From an uncultured Acidobacteriota bacterium (lineage in GTDB: Bacteria > Acidobacteriota > JAQAZP01), in the NCBI GenBank assembly GCA_963836075.1, contig CAWIIB010000001.1:672001-736000 (forward strand): a stretch of 64,000 nt of DNA. Direction: 5' to 3'. The notes beneath the pieces are model-generated. The model was not told where the DNA came from. It saw only the letters and a list, made by a program, of their open reading frames with translations, and searched no databases. Of the stretch, positions 41,587 to 51,422 are shown piece after piece. Position numbers and translations under genes: made by a program. The number at the start of each line of letters is the position of its first letter. The first letter of the stretch is position 1.

Positions 41587-42880
41587 AGAGCAGGGCCACC
41601 AGGTAGAGCAGCCAGCTCACCTTGCGCCCCCGGCCGGAGAGCAGCATGATCAGCGGGTAGGCGATGAAGCCCAGGGCCAGCCCGTCGGAGATGCTGAAGC
41701 AGAAGGGAATGCCGGCCAGGATGAGGAAGGCCGAGATCCCCTCGGCCGGTTCCTTCCAGTCGATCCCGCTGACCCCGCGGATCATCATCGCCCCCACCAC
41801 CACCAGCGCCGGGGCGGTGATCGGCGGGTAGGTGCCCACCATGGCGGCCAGTGGGGTGAAGAAGAGCGCCAGCAGGAAAAGCAGCCCGGTGACCACGCTG
41901 GTCAACCCGGTGCGTCCCCCCTGCTCCACCCCCACCGCACTCTCGGCGTAGGTGGTCACCGTGCTGGTGCCCATGCAGGCGCCGGCCACGGTGCCCACCG
42001 CGTCGGCCATCAGCGCCCGGTTGGCCCGGGGCAGCTTGTTGTCCTTCATGAACCCGCCCTGCTGCCCCACCCCCACCAGGGTGCCCACGGTGTCGAACAT
42101 GTCCATGAAGAGAAAGATGATGATGAAGGGCAGGAAACGAAGGTCAAAAGCAGCCAGCAGATCGAAACCGAAGAACGCGTGATCCCGCGGCAGCCCGAAG
42201 AAACCGTCGAACCGGACCTTGCCCAGAAAGAGCGAGACCAGCGTGGCCGCCAGCAGTGCCCAGAGCACCGCCCCCCTGACCCGCAGCGCCATCAGAACCC
42301 CGGTGAGCAGCAGGCCAATCAAAAAAACCAGCAGGTCCACCGACAGCAGGTCGGGGTTCATGGTCAACCCGGTGGCCGGTGACCGCACCACCAGCCCGGC
42401 GTTCTGCATACCGATGAGGGCGATGAACAGACCGATGCCGGCGGCGATCCCCGACTTGAGGCCCGGGGGGATGGCGGTGATCACCGCTTCCCTGATCTTC
42501 AGCAGGTTGAGCAGAAAAAAGAGCACGCCGGAGATCAGCACGATGCCCATGGCCACCCGCCACGCATCGGCCACCCCCATGGCCACCAGCGACATGATCA
42601 CGGTGACGAAGAAGTAGTTCTCCCCCATCCCCGGCGCCAGGGCAAAAGGGTAGTTGGCCCAGAGGCCCATGATCATGGTGGCCAGGAAGGCGGAGAGACA
42701 GGTGGCCAGCATCACCGCGTCGGCGGACAGCCCGGTGGGGTTGCCGGCAAAGTCGGTGGAGAGCACCGCCGGCTGGAGAAAGATGATGTAGGACATGGTG
42801 ATGAAGGTCACCACCCCGGCGCCCACTTCCGTGCGCACCGTGGTGCCCGCATCACGCAATCCGAACAACCGTTCCAGCAT
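41552..42880 (-). CDS. NCS2/AzgA-family purine permease
   Basis: TFITMSYI, ALAPGMG.N, GIGLFIA, DMFDTVGT, ESAVGV..GGRTGL. Confidence 0.9.
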   Translation of the reverse strand: MLERLFGLRDAGTTVRTEVGAGVVTFITMSYIIFLQPAVLSTDFAGNPTGLSADAVMLATCLSAFLATMIMGLWANYPFALAPGMGENYFFVTVIMSLVAMGVADAWRVAMGIVLISGVLFFLLNLLKIREAVITAIPPGLKSGIAAGIGLFIALIGMQNAGLVVRSPATGLTMNPDLLSVDLLVFLIGLLLTGVLMALRVRGAVLWALLAATLVSLFLGKVRFDGFFGLPRDHAFFGFDLLAAFDLRFLPFIIIFLFMDMFDTVGTLVGVGQQGGFMKDNKLPRANRALMADAVGTVAGACMGTSTVTTYAESAVGVEQGGRTGLTSVVTGLLFLLALFFTPLAAMVGTYPPITAPALVVVGAMMIRGVSGIDWKEPAEGISAFLILAGIPFCFSISDGLALGFIAYPLIMLLSGRGRKVSWLLYLVALLFILRYVCFPVR

Positions 42881-43054
42881 CGGCTCCCCCTCGCTTGTTC
42901 AGGCCAGTATCTTCGCCGCCCTGGAAAGCTGTCAAGCAGCTGATCCAATTGATTCCCCCACACCTCCATGCTATTTTTGATCACGGGGTTATCAATCAAC
43001 CGGCGACCCGGCCAGTGCTCGAGACCGGTCCGCCGGCCCGGGCCGGAGGGAACC

Positions 43055-46000
43055 ATGGCGCGAAAAGAGGGAACCCGTGCGGGCGGCCTTCCCGGTTCGC
43101 CGGCGGCCTGGTTGTTGTCCCTGTCCTTCGCCCTGCTGCTCCCCGACCTGGCCCTGGGGTTCACCCTGCCCCTGCTGCTGGCCGTCGTGCTGCCCGGGAT
43201 CCTCGTCGCCGTTGCCCTTTCCTTTCTTCGAGGCTCCGTTCTTCGCCGTTCATCCATGGCCGTGCTGGCGGCACTGGTGATTCTGCTGCTGCTGATCTCG
43301 ATCAGTGCCCGGGTCATTCCCGTCCCCCTGGCCGGTAAACCGGCCTCGGAGCCGGACCGGGCCGAACTGGCGGAAGCGGCCCAGGCCGACTTCAACCGGC
43401 TGCTGAGCCGGCTCTCCTCCATCGCCGCGGTGCTGGCCCGGGACGAGACGGTGCACCGTGTGCTGACACGGCAGGGGAACCACGTGGAAGACCACATGGC
43501 GCTCTTCGAGGCCGCCCGGGCGGCCCTGGGAGACCAGGACGGCGGCAGCCTGGCCGGCATCACCCTCTACGACCGCAACGGCGTACCGCTGGCCTGGGCC
43601 GGGCAGGCGTCGAGCCTCGAAGCGCAACTGCTGGCCAACGCCCCGCTGAGCCCGGTGGAGGGGCAGGCGCGGCACTACACACCGCAGTTCAGTATCCGCC
43701 GCTACAACCGGCTGGCCTCCCGGCTCTACTGCATCCAGCCCTTTGTGCTCACCCCTCCCGGCAAGGAGGCGGGCAGCGCAGAGAGCGCGTACCTGGAACA
43801 GGTGGAGACGCTGTTCGCGGTGAGCGAGCGGCTGCTGGATACCGGGCGGGGCCGCTTCCGCCGCACCCTGATCGGCGGTTTTTTCCCGCCATCGCTGGAG
43901 GCCGCCACCCTGGCGGAGGGCGTGACCCTGCAGTACCAGCTGCTGCCGGTGGAGTTTTCCGGGACGGAGGACGGGTTCCGGGAAGAGGACAGGGCGGCCC
44001 GCTTCCCCATCATTTTCCCCGACGGCACAATGCTGGGGGAGCTGGCCATCTCGCAGCAGGCTGGCGGCGGTCCCCCGTCCCTCTCTCCGGCCCGGGTGCG
44101 GCTGGCCCTGCTGGGGGGCCTGCTGGTGGCCCTGGCCATCCTGGTGGCCGGGCTGGTGGCGGCCCGGCGGTCATTCATGGCGGACAGTACCCCCGCGGCC
44201 GCCGGGGCCCATGCGGTTCTGGCCACGGGCGCAGCCCTGCTGCTGCGCTCGGTCCCCAACTGGCCTTCCATCCGGCCGGCGCTGCCCGAGTGGCAACTGC
44301 TGGAACCGGTCTACCTCTCCCTGGAGACACCGCTCCAGTTGCTGGGGTCGCCGTTCGATTTTCTGGCCAGCAGCCTGGTCTTTTTCACCATTGCCGGCTA
44401 TGCCGCCCTGCTGGCCTGGCACCACCGGCGAGGGCAGCATTCCCCGCCGGCCACCGGAGGCTGGCTGCAGATCGTTCCGGCATCACTGCTCCACGGCAGC
44501 CTGGTGCTGGCCCTGCACCTGCTGGTGGCCTCGGTGGTCATCCGCGCCCCGGCGGAGATCACCAACTTCGGCAGCCTGCTGGGCTTCGACCCGGTGAGTG
44601 CCGTGCGCAACGGTCTAATCCTCTTCGCCCTGGGTGTGGCCCTGGCCGGCACTGCCCTGGCCCTGCGGGCCGCCGCCCTGCGCACCCGGGCGGCGCTGCT
44701 CGCCTGGATGATCCCCGGACCGCTCCTGCTGGTGGTGGCAGCCTGGCTGGGACCTCGGGCGTTGATTCCGGCTGACGGCAGCGAAGGCACCGTCTTCGGG
44801 CTCACCGCCGCCCTGGACGCCTCCTGTCTCACCGCCCTGGTGCTCTTCCATCTGCTGCCCCTGCTGGTGGCCGCCGGAGCCCTGCAGCCGCCCCGAAGCA
44901 CCGGGTCTCGCATCCCCCACGCCGCCGTCCCGGCCCTCTTCTCGCTGCTGCTGCTTCCGGCGCTGCTCTTCCAGTTCGTGGTCACCCACCACCTGGAACT
45001 GGCCCGGGAGCGCTATATCGGCCAGGAGCTGATGGAGGAAGTGGCCCGGATGGGAGAGCACCGGGCTTCCCTGCTGGACCAGGCCTTCGAGCAGGCAGAG
45101 ACCCGTATCCAGCCGCTGGCCGCCCGGCTGGTGGCCGGGCAGCCCTCGGACATCCCGGGTCTGGCCTACAGTTTCTGGTCCGAAACGCTGATCTCCGAGC
45201 TGGGCTACGGCTCTTCGGTGGAGGTTTTCGGCGATGAGGGGAACCTGGTCAGCGGCTTCACCTACGAGCTGCCGAAGAAGGGGGTCGAAGCGGTGCAACT
45301 GACCGGGCTGGCCACCCCGGAAACGGCGGAAGGGATCATGCAACTGGGCAACCGCAGCCTGGTGGTGCTCTCCCGCAGCGAGGAGCTGCGCTGGCAGGAG
45401 CGCTCGGTGGGCACCCTGGTGCTCACCGTCACCGTGGACTACGCCGACCTCAGTTTTCTTGCCCGGCCCAACCCCTACCGGGAGATGCTTTCTCCGCTCC
45501 CCTCCGCCGGGCGCCTGAAAATGGAATCGCTGGGTGACAACCCGTTCCTCACCGTCTTCGGCGACGACGGCCGGATCATCTACTCCTCACGAGGCGACAG
45601 CCCCGCAGTAACGTCGCGGATCATCTCCGAACTGGAGCTGGTGCCCCACTCCCTGCTCTGGCGAGAGACCACCTTCCGGGACGGCCTGCACCGCGTGGCC
45701 TGGTTCGCCGACGACCAGGGCCGGATCTTCGCCCTGGGCTACCCGGTGCGCTCCTTTCGCGACCAGGTGGTACAGTGGCTGAGGCTGCTGCTGGCCTGCC
45801 TGCTGCTGCCCCTGCCGCCGGTACTGCTGTTGCTGCTGCTGCGGCTCAGCGCCGGCGGCCGGTTCTCCCCGCGCTCACTGCTGGCCTCCGCCACGCCCAG
45901 CTACTACCGCAAGATCCTCGCCGCCCTGCTGGCGGTGGTGATTCTGCCCCTGGGCCTGCTCTCCTTCCTGGTCACCCGGACCATGGGCAACTCGCTGGAG

Positions 46001-47752
46001 GACCAGTTGCGGGGGCAGGGCCGGCAGTCGCTCAACTCCGCCCGCCGGCTGGTGGAGGACTTCCTCAGCTCCCTCGACGAGGGTGAGACCCTGGACGATG
46101 TGCTGACCGACGACTTCCTGATCTGGGTCAGCCGGCTGGTGGACCAGGACCTCAACGTCTACCTCGGCTCCACCCTGGCCGCCACCAGCCGCCGCGAGCT
46201 GTTCTCCATCGGGCTGCTCCCCGACCGGCTGGAGGGCCCGGTCTACCTCGACCTCGACGTGCGGGGCCGCACCTTCCACGAGTCGCGTCGCAGCCTGGGC
46301 AGCGGCCGCTACCTGGTGCTCTCCACCCCGGTGCAGCTGCCCGGGTCTTCGCTGATGCCGGCGGTACTTTCCACGCCGCTGATGGCCCAGCAGCAGCAGA
46401 CCAACCGCACCCTGGCCCAGCTCAACGGCTCGGTACTGCTGGTCTTCTTCCTGCTGCTGCTGATCGCCCTGCTGGTGACCTGGCCGCTGGCCCAGCGGAT
46501 CACCGCCCCCATCAGAACCCTGGTGCGGGGCACGTCACAGATTGCCGAGGGCCGTCTGGACACCCGGATCGAGACGCGGTCGAGGGACGAGATCAAGACG
46601 CTGGTGGACGCCTTCAACACCATGGCGGAGAAACTGCAGAACCAGCGTGAAGCGCTGGAGCGTCGGCGGGACTATATCGAGAAGATCCTGGCCAACGCCG
46701 CCACCGGGGTCATCTCGCTCAACGAGCAGGGGCGGGTCACCACCATCAATCCCGCGGGCTTGCGGCTGCTGGGCCTCGACCAGTCCTACGGCCCGCTGGG
46801 CCGGCGGATCTCCGACCTGCTCTCCCGGCGGCCGGAGCTGGGCAGCCTGCTGGACACCGTGGAGCGTTACCTCAGCCAGCCGGCGGACGAGGAGCGGCGG
46901 CCCAACCAGCCGGTGCGCGAGGAGGAGGTGCGCATCCCCTCCCCCGGAGAGGCCGGGGCTGAGGAGGAACGGCTGCTGCACCTGGTCTTCGCCCCCCTGG
47001 GCAGCGACGAGGACCAGGGGCCCCGGGGCACGATCATGGTTTTCGAGGACATCTCCGGGCTGCTGCGGGCCAACCGGCTGAAAGCCTGGACCGAGATGTC
47101 ACGGCGCATCGCCCACGAGATCAAGAACCCGCTGACCCCGATCCAGCTGCACATGGAGCACCTGCTGCGGGTTCACCGGGACGGCGACCCGGAGTTCGGC
47201 AAGACGCTGCAGTTGAGCATCGACACGGTGCTGAAAAAAGTGGCGGAACTGCGGCAGATCGCCATCGAGTTCTCGGACTTCTCCCGGCACCTGGAGCTTG
47301 AACCGGAAGCCGGGGTGGACCCGGCGGCGCTGGTGGAGGAGGTGCTGGCCCCGTACGAGAGCAGCCTTCCGGATGAGCTGACCCTGGAACTGGCGGCCGG
47401 CCGGCCGCTGCCCACGGTGGCCGTGGACACCAGGCTGGTCAAGCGGGCCCTGGTGAACATCATCGAGAACGCCATCCAGTCGATGGAGGAGAGCCGGGGG
47501 ACGGTTCTGGTGGAAGTGGCCCGGGTGGAGCCGGAGGGTGTCTCCATCGCCGTCACCGACAGCGGTTCGGGAATGGACCGCGAGACCCTGGACAAGCTGT
47601 TCGAGCCCTACTTCTCCACCAAGAACACCGGCACCGGCCTGGGGTTGGCCATTGCCCGGCGGACCATCGTCGACCACGGCGGCCGTATCGGGGCGGTGAG
47701 CGAGCCGGGGAAGGGCACCACGGTCACCATCGTCCTGCCCGCGGAGAAGTAG
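43055..47752 (+). CDS. very large multi-pass sensor histidine kinase (HAMP-PAS-HisKA-HATPase, NtrY-like C-terminus)
   Basis: DEIKTLVDAFNTM (HAMP), IAHEIKNPLTP, NIIENA, DSGSG, FEPYFSTK..GTGLGLAI. Confidence 0.9.
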   Translation: MARKEGTRAGGLPGSPAAWLLSLSFALLLPDLALGFTLPLLLAVVLPGILVAVALSFLRGSVLRRSSMAVLAALVILLLLISISARVIPVPLAGKPASEPDRAELAEAAQADFNRLLSRLSSIAAVLARDETVHRVLTRQGNHVEDHMALFEAARAALGDQDGGSLAGITLYDRNGVPLAWAGQASSLEAQLLANAPLSPVEGQARHYTPQFSIRRYNRLASRLYCIQPFVLTPPGKEAGSAESAYLEQVETLFAVSERLLDTGRGRFRRTLIGGFFPPSLEAATLAEGVTLQYQLLPVEFSGTEDGFREEDRAARFPIIFPDGTMLGELAISQQAGGGPPSLSPARVRLALLGGLLVALAILVAGLVAARRSFMADSTPAAAGAHAVLATGAALLLRSVPNWPSIRPALPEWQLLEPVYLSLETPLQLLGSPFDFLASSLVFFTIAGYAALLAWHHRRGQHSPPATGGWLQIVPASLLHGSLVLALHLLVASVVIRAPAEITNFGSLLGFDPVSAVRNGLILFALGVALAGTALALRAAALRTRAALLAWMIPGPLLLVVAAWLGPRALIPADGSEGTVFGLTAALDASCLTALVLFHLLPLLVAAGALQPPRSTGSRIPHAAVPALFSLLLLPALLFQFVVTHHLELARERYIGQELMEEVARMGEHRASLLDQAFEQAETRIQPLAARLVAGQPSDIPGLAYSFWSETLISELGYGSSVEVFGDEGNLVSGFTYELPKKGVEAVQLTGLATPETAEGIMQLGNRSLVVLSRSEELRWQERSVGTLVLTVTVDYADLSFLARPNPYREMLSPLPSAGRLKMESLGDNPFLTVFGDDGRIIYSSRGDSPAVTSRIISELELVPHSLLWRETTFRDGLHRVAWFADDQGRIFALGYPVRSFRDQVVQWLRLLLACLLLPLPPVLLLLLLRLSAGGRFSPRSLLASATPSYYRKILAALLAVVILPLGLLSFLVTRTMGNSLEDQLRGQGRQSLNSARRLVEDFLSSLDEGETLDDVLTDDFLIWVSRLVDQDLNVYLGSTLAATSRRELFSIGLLPDRLEGPVYLDLDVRGRTFHESRRSLGSGRYLVLSTPVQLPGSSLMPAVLSTPLMAQQQQTNRTLAQLNGSVLLVFFLLLLIALLVTWPLAQRITAPIRTLVRGTSQIAEGRLDTRIETRSRDEIKTLVDAFNTMAEKLQNQREALERRRDYIEKILANAATGVISLNEQGRVTTINPAGLRLLGLDQSYGPLGRRISDLLSRRPELGSLLDTVERYLSQPADEERRPNQPVREEEVRIPSPGEAGAEEERLLHLVFAPLGSDEDQGPRGTIMVFEDISGLLRANRLKAWTEMSRRIAHEIKNPLTPIQLHMEHLLRVHRDGDPEFGKTLQLSIDTVLKKVAELRQIAIEFSDFSRHLELEPEAGVDPAALVEEVLAPYESSLPDELTLELAAGRPLPTVAVDTRLVKRALVNIIENAIQSMEESRGTVLVEVARVEPEGVSIAVTDSGSGMDRETLDKLFEPYFSTKNTGTGLGLAIARRTIVDHGGRIGAVSEPGKGTTVTIVLPAEK

Positions 47753-47767
47753 TACGGAAAGTGGGAC

Positions 47768-48550
47768 CTAGTACCAGTCGTAGTCCCCGCCCAGCGCTTC
47801 ATTCTTCAGGTGCCCCACCCAGTCGCCGCTGATCACGCCGCCGGAGGAGAGCTCGAACATCTGCCAGGTGCCGTTGAGGGTTTCGGTGTTGAAGGCGAAG
47901 GAGGCTTCGAGCACCGAATGGTTCCCCACCCGGGTGTCGCGGCGGATCAGCCGCAGCTTGCCGTCGGCAAAGGTGCCCTCGAGGGTGCCCCGGTCGCTGG
48001 TGCCCAGCAGATACTCCCCCACCACCTGGGGGCCGTCCTGGGAGAGGACAAAGATACCTGTTTCACCCAGCGGCATGATGTTTACTTCCCAGATGCCGTT
48101 GAGCGGCCCCTCGTTCTCCGACTGGTTCTCCTCGATCCGCCCGATGCTCGACTCCACGGCATTGATCAGCCGCACCCGCTCGGTGATGCGGTCCCGGATC
48201 CGCTGGCTCTCGTAGAGGACCGAGTTGAAGCGGGAGACCAGGTCCTGCAGTTCCCGCTCCGCCCGAGCCATCTCCATGGGTTCGATGGACTCCGGGTCGG
48301 CCAGCACCATCCGGTCGATGACCGCGCGCTTGCTGGTGATGCCGTAAAGGGTCTCCTGCCAGATCTTCTGCAGTTCCTCGTAGGCTTTGACATCCTCGTC
48401 CAAATGACTCCGGGCAATCCGCCGCTCGATCTCCAGGCTGTACACGGTTGAGCGGTAGTTGGCGGTGGGAAAGTCCTGGGCCACGGCAAGGCCGGCGAAG
48501 AGGTGCATGGCGATCAGGACGGCGAACAGGACCCGGATACTCCTCATCAT
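47768..48550 (-). CDS. secreted hypothetical protein (coiled coil plus beta domain)
   Basis: Signal peptide ending AVA-Q; start overlaps the pssA stop. Confidence 0.7.
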   Translation of the reverse strand: MMRSIRVLFAVLIAMHLFAGLAVAQDFPTANYRSTVYSLEIERRIARSHLDEDVKAYEELQKIWQETLYGITSKRAVIDRMVLADPESIEPMEMARAERELQDLVSRFNSVLYESQRIRDRITERVRLINAVESSIGRIEENQSENEGPLNGIWEVNIMPLGETGIFVLSQDGPQVVGEYLLGTSDRGTLEGTFADGKLRLIRRDTRVGNHSVLEASFAFNTETLNGTWQMFELSSGGVISGDWVGHLKNEALGGDYDWY

Positions 48551-49461
48551 TCACTTCCCTTTCCCGATGTCTTGGTATTGCTCAACGCACCGTTTTCGCT
48601 GTCTTCGGCTGCAGCTTCCGGAGACTTTCGACGCCAGGGCAGAGACCAGAGGCGGCGCACAATCCCGGAAAAGAGGTAGATCACCGAGAGGCCCAGCAGA
48701 ACCGCCTGGGGCGCGGCGGCCACCGCCACCAGCACCAGGCCCACCAGCACCACGAAGATGTAGGGCCGCCGGCTCTTCAATTTCAGTTTCTTGAAGCTGG
48801 AGTATTTGAAATTGCTGACCATCAGGTAGGAGATGGCCACGCTCACCACCATCACCGCAATGGCCACACGCCGGTCGGTCACCGGCTGCGGCAGGGCGAA
48901 GACCACTGAGGCGAAGAAACAGGCCGCCGCCGGAGTGGGCATGCCCATGAAAAACCGCGGATCGGCGGAACCGGAATCGACACGGATGTTGAAGCGGGCC
49001 AGCCGGGCGGAGCAGCAGACGAGGATGATGAAAGCGGTGAGCCAGCCCACCCGGCCCAGGGACTGCAGGCCCCAGACATAGATCAGCAGCGAGGGGGCCA
49101 TGCCGAAGGAGACGATGTCGGCCAGGGAGTCGAACTCCACTCCGAACTGGCTGGTGGCGTTGGCCAGCCGGGCCACCCGGCCGTCCAGCGCGTCCAGCAG
49201 GGCGGCGATGCCGATGAACACCGCCGAGAGGGAGAGGCTCCACGGTCCCGGAGCGTCACCGCCGGGCCAGGCGAGACAGTGCATGGTGGAGATGATGGAC
49301 ATGAAGCCCATGAAGAGATTGGAGACGGTGAAGAAACCGGGGAGGAGATAGATCCCCTGTTTGAAGCGTCGATCGGTCCGCCCGGAATCGCGGCGCGGCC
49401 GGCGTTTTCTCTTGCGCGCCGGCCTCCGGCCCGTGCTGCCCTCAGACTGTTCCGCAGCCAT
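48547..49461 (-). CDS. pssA: CDP-diacylglycerol--serine O-phosphatidyltransferase
   Basis: DALDGRVAR...FGVEFDSLAD.VSFG.AP; RLARFN; adjacent to psd. Confidence 0.9.
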   Translation of the reverse strand: MAAEQSEGSTGRRPARKRKRRPRRDSGRTDRRFKQGIYLLPGFFTVSNLFMGFMSIISTMHCLAWPGGDAPGPWSLSLSAVFIGIAALLDALDGRVARLANATSQFGVEFDSLADIVSFGMAPSLLIYVWGLQSLGRVGWLTAFIILVCCSARLARFNIRVDSGSADPRFFMGMPTPAAACFFASVVFALPQPVTDRRVAIAVMVVSVAISYLMVSNFKYSSFKKLKLKSRRPYIFVVLVGLVLVAVAAAPQAVLLGLSVIYLFSGIVRRLWSLPWRRKSPEAAAEDSENGALSNTKTSGKGSE

Positions 49462-49494
49462 GGACACTCTCCCTGGACCACCGGGGGCCCGGTC

Positions 49495-50169
49495 TCAGTC
49501 CGCCGCCGGCCGGCGTCGGGCGACAATGCTCGACCCGCCGTGCACCTTGTCACCGGGGGACACCGTGATGTCGTATCCCGGCGGGATCAGGATCTCGGTG
49601 CGCGAACCGAAGCGGATCAGGCCAACCCGCTCCCCACGCAGCACCGTGTCTCCCGGCTTCTTGTAGCAGGCGATCCGTCTGGCGATCAGCCCCGCAATCT
49701 GGGTCAAGGGGATCAGGTCCCCGTGCTGGTCCTCGCCGGACAGCAGGCCGATGCGGTTCCGCTCGTTCTCGGTGGAGGCCTGCGGTTTGAACGCCGAGAG
49801 AAACCGTCCGGCGGTGTAGTCCACACTCTGCACCGTCCCGGCCACCGGTGCCCGGTTGACGTGGACATTGAATACCGAGAGAAAGACCGCCACCCTGGTG
49901 TACCCGGCGCAGGGCAGGCCTGGTTCCTCGATATCCGGCGCCACCTCCACCACCCGGCCGTCCGCCGGGGAGACCACCAGCCCCTGCTCCGCGGGTATCC
50001 GGCGTGCCGGGTCGCGGAAGAACCAGAGGACGAACAGCGCCAGCAGGGCGCAAACGGCCGCCGCCCAGAGCGGGACGAAATATACGGCCAGCAGCGTCAG
50101 CACCACACCGCCGATGACAAAAGGCAGGCCCTCCGGGGCCAGCCGTCCCTTTTCCGACAACGTCTTCAC
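49495..50169 (-). CDS. psd: phosphatidylserine decarboxylase proenzyme
   Basis: FFRDP.R, SPADG, VFNVHVNRAP, ENERN, QIAGLIARRI, IRFGS self-cleavage site; start approximate. Confidence 0.9.
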   Translation of the reverse strand: MKTLSEKGRLAPEGLPFVIGGVVLTLLAVYFVPLWAAAVCALLALFVLWFFRDPARRIPAEQGLVVSPADGRVVEVAPDIEEPGLPCAGYTRVAVFLSVFNVHVNRAPVAGTVQSVDYTAGRFLSAFKPQASTENERNRIGLLSGEDQHGDLIPLTQIAGLIARRIACYKKPGDTVLRGERVGLIRFGSRTEILIPPGYDITVSPGDKVHGGSSIVARRRPAAD

Positions 50170-50204
50170 CCTTTCCGCGCCCGAGGGTCGTCCCGGGCCG
50201 GTTC

Positions 50205-50432
50205 CTACTGGCTCTGGCTGTACTCCGCCAGCCGCGCACCAATCAGATCCTTGAGGTGCAGCTTTTTCTTTTTCAGCGTCACCGTCTCCATCTTCTGCTC
50301 GGTGGTGAGGAGGATCTGCTGGTCCAGATCTTCGATCTGCTTGTCCAGCAGGCGGTGTTTCTCCACCATGTGCCGGAACTCGGCGTCCTCCTCCATCAGT
50401 CTCGTTTTCATGTCGGCAACACTCGCAACCAT
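50205..50432 (-). CDS. DUF465/YdcH-family small coiled-coil protein
   Basis: EF..M.EKH..LD..I...LKKKKLHLKD. Confidence 0.8.
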   Translation of the reverse strand: MVASVADMKTRLMEEDAEFRHMVEKHRLLDKQIEDLDQQILLTTEQKMETVTLKKKKLHLKDLIGARLAEYSQSQ

Positions 50433-50548
50433 CGCGTTCCTCCCCAAGTGGATTGCGGTTAAATACCTCTTGAAATATAGCCTGTACCGGGCAGCGATGC
50501 AATTCCCGCGCCCTGCTCTATTCTATACGAAGCCCGGCGGTCCGCAGT

Positions 50549-51283
50549 TTACGCCGGATTGACTCCCGGTTCCGCCGTACCCCTTCCCGCCGTGACTTCG
50601 GCGTCGGACGGGCGGACATAGACAGCGGTGAGATCCGCCGGGTCCCCGGTCCCCTCTTCCGACCGGAGCGTCTCCAGCCCGATGCGGGCCACCTGGGGGG
50701 CGATGAAACGGTCGGCCCCGGAGGTGCGGCCGGCAATCCCGGCCTGGGCCTCCCGCCCCCCCGGGAGACTGTCCGGCGGATCACCGCTCCACCAGACCTC
50801 CCGGTCTCCGGCCCCCTCGGCCACTTGGGCCAGCAGGGCCGCCGGGAGCTGCACCACCGGTTCCACCAGGGTCCGGGAGACAAATCCCTGCCCACCGGTT
50901 TCGTAGAGCGCGCCGTAAAACTCGCCGCGTCCAGCCTCCAGCAGCGGACAGACCAGGCCGTCCGGCACCCCGGCCCGCAGGGCCGAGGCCTCCAGCGTGG
51001 GGACGCCCACCGCGGGAAGCCCGGCGGCCAGGGCGATCCCCTGGACCATGGAGATACCGATGCGCACCCCGGTGAACGAACCGGGCCCGCAGGCCACGGC
51101 CAGCCCCTGGAGCTGTTCGGGCCGCAGCGACAGCTGCTCCAGCAACCAGTGGATCGCGGGAAGCAGCCGCCGGGAATACGATTCCGGCGACAGCAGGCTC
51201 ACCGAAGCCACCAGGCCGCGGTCAGCGTCGTACAGCGCGATGCTGCCATGGTAGGTTGTGGTGTCCACTCCGAGCACCATCAT
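50549..51283 (-). CDS. tsaB: tRNA threonylcarbamoyladenosine biosynthesis protein TsaB
   Basis: LGVDTT, GPGSFTGVRIG, VPTLEA, YVRPSDAE. Confidence 0.9.
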   Translation of the reverse strand: MMVLGVDTTTYHGSIALYDADRGLVASVSLLSPESYSRRLLPAIHWLLEQLSLRPEQLQGLAVACGPGSFTGVRIGISMVQGIALAAGLPAVGVPTLEASALRAGVPDGLVCPLLEAGRGEFYGALYETGGQGFVSRTLVEPVVQLPAALLAQVAEGAGDREVWWSGDPPDSLPGGREAQAGIAGRTSGADRFIAPQVARIGLETLRSEEGTGDPADLTAVYVRPSDAEVTAGRGTAEPGVNPA

Positions 51284-51422
51284 TCCCCGGCACCCCTTCC
51301 CCGCCCGGACGGTCGGAAACTCCGGCCCGGCCGGCTGGTCGTCATTTTTCAGCCAGAATGAATATGATACACTCCACCACGTTTCCATTGCTACTTTCGC
51401 ACACGCCCGGATCGGCGGCCAG

